DNA of 64,000 bases from the NCBI GenBank assembly GCA_965644295.1, contig CBFFRP010000065.1, positions 136,799-200,798 of the forward strand. The letters run 5' to 3'. A program made the translations under genes and the position numbers. Under the pieces are notes generated by a model. That model worked only from the letters and a program-made list of their open reading frames with translations, was not told where the DNA came from and made no database searches. The stretch comes from Paraphysomonas bandaiensis. Lineage: Eukaryota > Protista > Chrysophyceae. Shown piece after piece: positions 52,601-64,000 of the stretch; the first letter of the stretch is position 1; every line of letters begins with the position of its first letter.

Positions 52601-54196
52601 GATCACTCAAAGCCAGCTACGTGTGGTACAAAAGAAGTTTACACATAGGCTTGGTGTAAAAATAAAATACGCGAATATGACAATCCAACAAAACCTCAAG
52701 CAAATACAAAACATAGCAATACGTGAACAATTAATACCTCTTGCTTAATCTCAGCAACCTCATTCTTGAGCTCGGTGACTTTTACCAACGCATCCTTGGC
52801 CCCTTTCTCTAGAAAAACTAACATCTACACAAGTAATGTCACAACTACTTGAGCATAATCATGTATATACCTGTAGGTGATCAATGCAATCTCTAACCGC
52901 ACGCAAAGAACTTTTCTGAGATTTTTTATTCATGAGGGTCTCGCTGACAACACCACGGGTTACGTCGCCTCCAGAGTAATTGGAACTAGCACAGTTTAAC
53001 CTTTGACCGTCATTCGGAAATGGTTCATCAAGCTCACCACCAGATCCGACGGATGAAAATCCACACAATTGCTTTCGTTCAATATTAAACTTCCAGGATT
53101 AGAACATAAAACACGACTAACCTTTAATGTAGCCTTTGTTTTATTGGCAATAGCGATTTCCACCTACACACAGAAGATAAGGTAAATTCCTTCAGGTGGC
53201 GACAATACCATTTCCTTACTTCTTCTTGCACGAATGGAGTCCTGCACTTCATTACAGCGGTTGATTAATTCAATCGACTGCTCAAATTTCCTAGCTATGT
53301 CCGCATGAACTCCTTCTGTATCAAGAGATTCTGAACGACTGCGGCTCCTTTTGTAGTCTTGATACCCTTCCTGATATAAGTGTACCAAAGGGTTTGATGA
53401 AAGCGTTTTCGGGGATAACGGCATTCCCGCAGCAGGGGCAGTGTACCCTTGAAACACAGCTTCATCCTCTTCTTTTTCAGTATCTGGGTCAGAAGCAATG
53501 TCCATCGCAACTCTATTTACCTCTCGTCTAGTCTCTTCAAGCACACACTACAACACCAAGCATAAACCCCAATATACGTACGTACATACAACGTTAACAT
53601 ATGCAATGTAAGAATACCTCGTGGAAAATCATCATCGACGCAAGAAGATTACACTGCGTCTTTAACGTAATTGCGAGAGCTTTGCATTCATCCATGTGAT
53701 CATCTATCATGTCAAGCTTGTATTCATGCAAAGCTATCGATGCATCTAATTCATTCATAAGAGTAAGGGCATCATAGCGCACATTCCACTTTCTTATAAC
53801 TATTGCCTCTAACCATAACCGAATACTCTCCTCGGCAAAACGTAATCGAGGAGCAAGTCGAGAAAAACTGGCATTGAGCTGAGATTTTAGTCGGCTCTGG
53901 CGCCATTTCTGAACCTGACCCACCATTGTCTTCGATCCCAGCCCCTCAGAGAGTCGAGTTACAGATCTTCTTCGAACTGCACGACACTTCACAGCAAGTG
54001 ACCGCATATGGTCAATATCATAGAGACAGTCACTCATCCCCCATATATCCACATCCATCAGTCCCGAGTGATCCACACTCCCATACTTTCCATAAATTTC
54101 AGATATTTTAATATCTTTCACTCGATCACGGGTTTTCTTTTTCCCTTTCTCTTTGTTTCTCTTGCGAGGATGAGATGACTTTGAACTGAGTTTCAT
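49680..54196 (-). CDS. Large multi-exon protein with N-terminal coiled coils and C-terminal TLDc domain
   Basis: TLDc motifs LVVQDTMGYVFGGF, YFGSGDSFVF, YPWTE|RNELF, IGMGGGGEGFAFML, SDTYGN and EFWVF. I could splice all upstream ORF pieces in frame from the ATG at 54196. Confidence 0.82.
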
Positions 54197-55827
54197 TTTA
54201 TTCGATTCATTGGATGGAAGTGATTTATAATTAATAACAATTTTAATAAGAATTCATAATCCACTCCTGTCTATCAACCACCATGTCATGCGCCATGTGG
54301 TGTGAGAGAGAGTGCCATACTTCCAGATATACAGGGATAGTGTGGTGGTGAGGGTGATATATATATAGTGATGTTGATATGGGTCAGATATGAAATCATT
54401 CATATATGAGCGAGATATTCACTTCATTGCAATGATACCGTCAAGTGCCGTACAGTACACTCCAGCAGTACACTGGTACACAGACACACTGCTGCTTGTT
54501 CGTAGTACGGCACTACGACATACTATACAATAAAATCTACCGAAATAAGTATAGCCTGTCAGGAATACCGAATTTCTGGATACCGAATTCTGAAAATTTA
54601 ATATTTTTAGAATTGATTGTATGAAATTCCGAATATTTTTAGAGGAATTCCTAGTATGAAATCCCAACTAGAACTGCGGATGCATACACAGTATCTAATA
54701 TCTAGATATAGACTATGCAGATGCAGTAGTGGATAGTGCTGTAGGTGCTTGACAGGAGATCAAGACGAGGGTGGTATATTCTCGATATCGGAATATACTG
54801 AAATAAGTGCTAATGGCTATCTTATCTCTGACATCAGCATCATGAAGATCATGGATGTCATCATTCACACGTGGGTTACCTCAGCAAAGAGAAATATCTC
54901 CCTGTACTTCTGCTGCTCTCGATCTGTTAGTACCCATATAGTTATACACAGATTACAGCACACCTTAACACTTAAGATGTTACATGACAGCGAAAAAGCT
55001 AGAACCTTCCACTATATTCCTCAAATTCGAAAATCGGAAGATCAGCTGGAAGGAGAAGTCAGAATTAAGGCTGTTAGAGTTTACACATCATAAGAGGGAC
55101 AAGGGACCAAGTGGTCAACTTGAAGTTGGAGTCTAACTCCATTTAGGTCTCTATTGTAGTTATACAAACCCTTAGCTCTCAATTGATTGCTAATATCAGA
55201 CTCAGAGGAGTGACTGCCCTGCCTCTTTGGCCAAGGGATTTCAAGCTTTGTACCCCTAGAGGTGAAATTTAGTGATTTCGCAGATGATTGATATTACCTG
55301 GTAGAAGGACCCCTGCTGTCCTTAGGGAGGAGTACTCCTTAAAAACCTAATCATATATGTCTCTTAATTTAAAATCAATGTTCTATATATGTTTTTGAAA
55401 TTGAAAATAAAATATAAAATAATTAAAATGTGTACTTTAATACACTTCATTAGTGACATCTGCTTGCCACTATATTTTTAAGGAGCTAGCTTCTAACTTA
55501 CAATTTACGCCAAGAAGGACATGTTTTCGCATGTATAATTATTTCCTCTCTGAATAATGAATCGGAGAAGAGATGGACAGGCGAATCAGCCAAGCAGCCA
55601 AGTACACAGAAGTATTTCGTCGATTGGCTTAATACTGAAAACTACGCATGACCTGAGTGAAACATATATATTTATCAATAGAATTATATCATTGGTAGTT
55701 ATTTAATTTAATATCGAGGAAGTAGATACGAGTACCCAGTAATCATCTCTAATTTCCGCTATATTTAAACTTTCTAGCAAGCAGAACGATCCGCTGCAAC
55801 CCCAAACAGATCTCACACAGTATTAAT

Positions 55828-57250
55828 CTAATAAAATGGTGTGTTACTTGTGAATGCATTAATCATAGAAAGAGCTGCCTCGGGCTGGTCCATTGGTACC
55901 ATATGCCCAGCCTCCTTCACCTGGAGAAATGTCAAAGATCCTCCAGCACCACTTGTACTGCTTGCGCTGCGGGCCCATCCACCAAGTTTAGTTCCGGCCT
56001 CATCATAGTACCACTCGTGGTCTCCTTCGGCATGGTACGCCTCCCGCCCGTCCCAGGCGATGGCAAGTGTCCAGGCCTTGTTGCCCATCCAATTGCAGAT
56101 GAAGTCAGTGTCCCCAGCATATATTAGAACGCGCACACCTCCTTCAACCATTGGTGCAATTGTTCCCTGAAAGTTTTTCATCCAGTCAAAAGGTGCGATA
56201 GCGAGGTCCACAGCGGTATTACATGATACCCACTCCTTCACTTTGTCTGAGACGTGAAGTGACTCACGGGTGGACTCGAGATTGAGAAACACATCCAGAT
56301 TTGAGAAATCGTAGCACAGATCGCTATCCCCGCATGGCTTGCGGATGTCGTAAGGGTTACGTCCAGTGCGGTAGTAAGGCATGGTCTCCACAAGATTGCA
56401 GTAGTCATCAGCAGGTAGACAAAGTGATGTGTTGCCTTGGCACGCAGCGATGAGCCTCTGACAGGTGGGCATATGTTCGACCATGTGTTCGTAGGCTTCC
56501 TCAGAGACGCATTTTATGTCATACGTGTTGTTCATCGCCATCTGCGGATAGTATCCATACTGAATGAGTGGATCTGTGAGCCCATTTCCCACACCAACAC
56601 CCTTGAGATTGATTTTGACAGTGCCCTCCAAGGCAGCTTGATTACCCTCAAATATACGTGAGGATATGGCGGGTGCGTAGTGCCCTCCATAGCTTTCTCC
56701 GAATACAAAAAAATCGTTACTCGAATACTCAGGATTAGCTTTAAAAAATTCCTGAAGAAAGTTGTACATATCCTATAATAAAAAATTAGTGATAGAAGTG
56801 CTTGGTATTTGATAGACTCACCTCGGCGATCTCAGTCTCATTGTGGTCTAGATCTTTGATAGGTGCACCATAGGAGTATCCAACATGGGCGGGTTGGTCA
56901 ACCCACATAACATTTGCATTGTTGTTCCAAGAGTACGGGTTATTAATAGTAGACAGACCGTCCTCAGACACTGTACAGGGCCCATTTTCAGTGAGCAGAC
57001 CGAGCTGTGACGAGCATCCTGGGCCACCATTCAACCACATAATAAGTGGATCCGTAGAGGGTGTGTCACGTGATTCAAACATCCAGTAGAAGTAATTTTT
57101 ATTGATTCCCGAGTCAACATGATAGTATCCCGACTGACTCTTAACAGTGGCGTCACACAGTCCTCCTTCTACAGGTTCACTCTTAAGAGTACCTCGAGCT
57201 ACAGTGTACGGGAATAAGAGTAACGAAACAGCTCCAAATAATGTTTTCAT
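55828..57250 (-). CDS. Serine carboxypeptidase (peptidase S10, CPY-like), soluble secretory/vacuolar
   Basis: Signal peptide, WLNGGPGCSS, FGESYGGHY, YAGDTDFICNW and AGHMVPMDQP. One intron (IAE|DMYNF). Confidence 0.96.
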
Positions 57251-57642
57251 AGTGAATTATGAGAGTTGATATGAGTTCTTATGATATAGTGGAAGATGGC
57301 CACTGTGTATGTATATTCTGCCTGCTCATGTCTAGATGTGCTGCTGAATATTCCTGCTGTACGGCAGCACTGTAGCTACTTTTTGCTGTATATGATACAA
57401 AATTGGGATTGCGAGCTGAAAATTGGGGATTTCGGATATTGCATATTCCGTCCACACAGTGACATACACCCCGCAGGCATGCACTGCTGCTGCAGAGTTC
57501 CCATTCAGTTAAGACTGCATTGCATTGCATGGAAGTAGTGAATCACACATATTCACTACAATCTAGCTTCTGATATCTTATTATCTACACCGTTAGGAGG
57601 TGGTGCCTAAGCAGTGGGGAGTGGACATACAGATAGCTCAAT
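57251..57642. promoter_or_regulatory. Putative bidirectional promoter carboxypeptidase / malic enzyme
   Basis: About 390 bp between divergent ATGs; CTGCTG-rich flanks around an AAAATTGGG-containing core; ACTGCTG at 57483-57489. Confidence 0.5.
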
Positions 57643-59694
<2,052 letters not shown>

Positions 59695-60614
59695 TATGTA
59701 GATACAGTAATAAATGTGCTGTAACACATTAATTCCTACATATATTTCTTCTTGCATTATATCTATCTCTAGCACCCCTTGATTGCTGCTTTGAAAACTG
59801 AATTAATGATTGATTAGTCTGATTGCCCGATGTATAATTGTTTCCAAAAGAAACATATAGTTACAAATATAGAAGTTCCTAGTATAGTAATAGCAGTTAA
59901 TGGAGAAAATACTACCAGCATTGGACAAAAGTTGTGTAGTGTCTTTCCTTATGTTTGTTCAACTCAACTGTCTACTACAAAGCATTGAAGCCTTATAACA
60001 AAATGCTCACTAATGCTAAATACCGGAGTATCTGTGTGGTGGAAACACTGATTGTATCTTTATCAGATGCGATCATTGACCTAAAGACGTAAGACTATGA
60101 TTTCTATCTCATGGTCAAACATCGACTTGGCATATGCTGCTACTTCGCAGTCTAGATACTCTAAGAAAAAGAGTTGATAAAGTTCTAAGAAAGATTTTGT
60201 TAAACTGCATCTCTCAATGCTCTGCGAGGATCTTATGGCGATAGGTTAGAGTGATAAGATTTGCATGTGCGATATCTAGATTTCTAGATAACCGATATTT
60301 ATATATAAATCCTAATTTTTATCATCTCAAACCCTAGAAATCATTGGTATTTTATTTCCTCAAACCGTACACAGCAGTGTATACAGCTACGTACTGTACA
60401 TACCTATCGGTAACGGTAGATTACTATGGACTGGAGCGGTTATTATACACCTCTGTATAGTGTACACTGCCCTGCTGTATACATATACATATAGAGGCAG
60501 GCAGGTAGAGCAATGGGCATTATCTCATTGAATAACTTACCACACATCCCTGACGCTCTTTCAATGACCTTTCACTAACCCCATTGCATCTCCCTGGTAA
60601 CACCATTAGAACCC

Positions 60615-63286
60615 ATGGCTCATCTCAATCAAAGCAATGAGGTGTTTCATAACCACAGCTTTAACATCCCTCATCTTAGCACCTGGATAGATGATATCAT
60701 TAAACTTACAGAGAAATCTCTACCTGCTCGTGCGAATCCGACCACAGAGGATCTGGTGGATGCGGTGTGTCGCTACGATGCATGTTTTCGTGAAATGCTG
60801 AGACAAACCAAAATATTTTCCGGTGATTTGACACGCATTTATTCGAAACTTTGGATCGGTGTACTCAATCTATTGGATACTATGGTCAAGATATATCATC
60901 GCCATGTCGCACAAACTGCAAGCCTTCAAGAGCAAGCGAGAGATCTAATTCATCAAAGGCAAGCGCAGGTTGCTGCAACGAAAATAAAGCAAGAAGAAGA
61001 TATATTGGAGCGAACATCGTTGCGTGCTACTATACGGAACTTAGAGGGAGAGTTGGATGCGATTAACAGAACGAATAGGGAATTAGATAGGGAAAATCGA
61101 AGTTTGAGGGCTCTTGTTGAAACATATATCGATGCAAGGGATTTCGATAGCTCTTTGCTTAATCTTGTTGCCGAGGGCAGAGAAAATGCGGATGATATAG
61201 ATGATGGAACGAAGAAGAGGAGAGATATAATGGACAGTACAAAGTATCAAATGAAAGCACTAAGCAATATAGACGTAGAGATGAACGAAATACTTTCAAG
61301 TGTCCAAAATGAGGACGACAGACAGATGGCGCTTCTTGCTCAATTTTCTGATTTCTTGACTGCGAACGAAGAGATGTTACTTCATTTCAAGCAACAGTAT
61401 GATGCGCGGGATACACCAGCGTTTACAACTCACAACGTGGGCATCCAGGTGGATGAGAAGGATTCATTCGGATTGGTGGAGGATTTAGGTGATACGATGA
61501 ATGACGATATCCCAGCCTGTCCCCCAGGCCCGCCCACTGGCAGCCTAGAGGTCAAGGGGCTCTTTGTACCCTACCAGTTGCGAAAACATATGACCTTTTT
61601 CCCACATGTGATGCGTATTCCTTCAGTGGAGTGGATAAAGCAATCGATATTTGCAATTTACTTCAGTAAGATCCGACACGACTTGAGACACTTTGGAACG
61701 GAGAAGATCCCTGTGGGAAAGAAAACCCTTCCGGAGTATATTCACCAGTTCTATACACAACAGTTTGGCCTGGGGGCTATCGCGGACATGCAGATAATGA
61801 ATCTTTTGAGGGCGACTGAGCTGCACTCAATGACTTCTAAGCGGGTTTTTCTTTTTGCTGAACAACTAGGAATCCGGGACCCGGAGAGCCCGCCTCCTTT
61901 GGGCTTACGAGATACGGATTTCATTTTGACTATGATCAAGAGTCTGATGGACCAGGGTGAGCTTCAACCGGTACAACCGGGGGCTATAGCGAGGTCATCT
62001 AGCAAACAGGGCTCATCGGAGTACGAGGTGCTTGCAGCGGGAGAACTGAGCGTGGTTTGGCCATACATTAAGCGATCTGCTGCTCTCTTTACCGCGCAGA
62101 ACGTGTTTTCGAAGTGGCTCCCTGACAACGGGAATGAGTATCTTATGAAGGTTCGGTCAATGCCAAATGTAAAGGGATCATTCCATATAGATTTTGACGA
62201 TTTTATGGAGGTGTCAATGGAGCAGTGGATGGTGGTAAAGAGCATTTGGCAGGAGCACATGTCGTGTCTGTATAGATTTAACAGCAACATATTCCGTGTT
62301 ATATCAGAAGCCACATTTGCAAACGATCGTGGCAACCCTGATAAAGATACCGTCTTAGTGCAGATGATACGAGATCCAACAGTCGTGTGGCACACTCGCC
62401 CTGTCCGTTTATTTGTCGACTGTTCGCATGCAGCCGCCGCTGCCGCCGCATCTAAGGCTGCAATATATGAAAAAAATCAGAGGGAGGCAAGGAAACTTGC
62501 TGAGGATGCTGCCTCTAGTGGGTATCGTAAGCGTGCACACTCTCAGCGTAAGTCGCTGACTCAACAGCAACAGCAGCAACAGTCTGCTTCGGAAGATGCA
62601 ATGGCTGATGCAGCTATTGCTGCCGCACTAGCAGCTGGAGCTGAGAGTCTTAAGAAAGAATCGGAAAATACAGGGGAGCAGTCAGGCGGCGGTCATAAAG
62701 AGAGCGTGGTGGACTTAATGTCAAAGAAGCACTTTACAATGGCTCTTAAGTATTTGCGACCTGATCTTAAACTCGACGAGGTGAATTAATCAGAGACTAG
62801 TCTGTGCTATATAACAATAGTTTTTATTTATAGGTCAGTGCATATTATCAGGCCGCACAAGAGCTTGGTTATGAACGGACCAAACGCGAGTTAGATAAGC
62901 TATGGGTTACCTTTAAACACCCAACACAGAATCGGATTTTCTACTACAACCGAGTTACTAAGCACACTCAGTGGGCATGTCCTTACCGCCTTAAGACATA
63001 TCAAGCTCACGATGTAGATGAATTCTGCTTCGTGGAAATTGTGATGCGATACAATCTTGTAGAAACAAGGTATGTCATTTTGTGATGCCATTTCCTTGTT
63101 TTGAAATAATTTGTGTCTAGTCCTCTTCTTGAATACTTTCATGTCACACCGAATGATCTGTGGCCGAACACAGAAGTGTTTTACAAGGAACTGGAGCATT
63201 CGAAACGGCGTGAAACTGTCAGGCGAAAGCAAGCGGTTGCCAAGCACAAAAATAAGCCCAAGTTAAACAAGCAGGAGACTGTGTGA
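60615..63286 (+). CDS. Coiled-coil protein with axonemal dynein light chain-like N-terminal segment and C-terminal WW domain
   Basis: YDACFREMLRQ resembles the p28/DNALI1 motif YSQCFDELIRQ and is followed by a coiled coil. Two further exons splice in frame and encode WVTFKHPTQNRIFYYNRVTKHTQWACP (WW). The gene is solid; the product name is tentative. Confidence 0.7.
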
Positions 63287-64000
63287 TGTTAATGTACATA
63301 TGAAACGTATGAAGTGATGAGTACAATATACGAAATATTTTCAGTGAATATGGGTAAATCATGTCAACCTTGTGTGTTTGCGTTTTCTAGATTAGTTGCG
63401 AAGCATCATCAGTACATCCAAGGATGCGGTATTGTACTGATGAGTAATGTAATGGTATACCGTGTATGAAGCCAGACGCTGTAATATGATGTGCGTGCAG
63501 GGTACTCGTAATAAGGCGTGAAAGAATAATAGTGCGTAAGACTTTACTCAAATATCACAACTGTATTGATTACAGCATTACAACTAGTAAACAGACTTGA
63601 ATTCTGTAAAGATAACTAGATGAAACTCTACTAGGTGGTTTTTGGTTAACGTAGTTATTCCGTTATTCCCACCTCTACTAGCTTCGGACTGCTTGTGCAT
63701 TGCTGCAACCATCCCGTGCGTTGGGATATCGAGTTGTCTCGTTCCGAGAAGTAGTTATGGCGTGGAAGGGGAGAAATGTATATTCTCCTGTGGGTATATT
63801 GGTTTGGGCGCCATTCTCGACGTCTGAGATACACATTTCTGAGGCAAGTAGTAATTGTCGGCGACATGATGTCGTGGGATAGAGGAGACATTATTGAGAA
63901 AACGAAGTATATTCGGAGTAGGTACGGTGTTCGGGAAGTTACTTTGCCTAAGGGGCGGGTTGAGTGGCGTCTGTAGTCTGTAGTGTGTAGTAGTGAGTGA

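Noticed and set aside
55255-55285. agaggtgaaatt resembling an 18S rRNA conserved motif
   Set aside because: Only about 12 nt match and the flanks are not rRNA-like.

Overview
Gene-dense eukaryotic nuclear DNA with many short (about 35-80 nt) GT-AG introns. It is probably from a flagellated stramenopile with a complex plastid (ochrophyte, possibly chrysophyte-like); this is inferred from a bipartite-type leader on malic enzyme and from cilium-associated genes. By splicing the fragmented ORFs by hand I reconstruct 15 protein-coding genes: VPS4, mitochondrial-type KAS (OXSM/FabF), a secreted Spondin_N protein, eEF1B-gamma, a Tubby-like protein, a CaMKK-like kinase, two S10 serine carboxypeptidases, a RidA/YjgF protein, a signal-peptide ubiquitin-like/STI1-like/acidic protein, a putative type II glycosyltransferase, an 18-kb VPS13-family gene with PDZ and C2 domains, a TLDc protein, malic enzyme, and a coiled-coil/WW protein. 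Ten of these genes sit in five head-to-head pairs, and a heptamer (ACTGCTG/CAGCAGT) recurs upstream of most start codons. The most unusual structure is a rearranged Ty3/gypsy-like remnant at about 48-49 kb, in which a gag-derived segment forms a near-perfect 76-bp hairpin and is also present as a direct copy downstream, next to CpG-depleted DNA. This is a candidate TE-silencing hairpin locus. No prokaryotic-type systems, RNA genes or CRISPR arrays were found. All family calls rest on motif recognition, not database searches.
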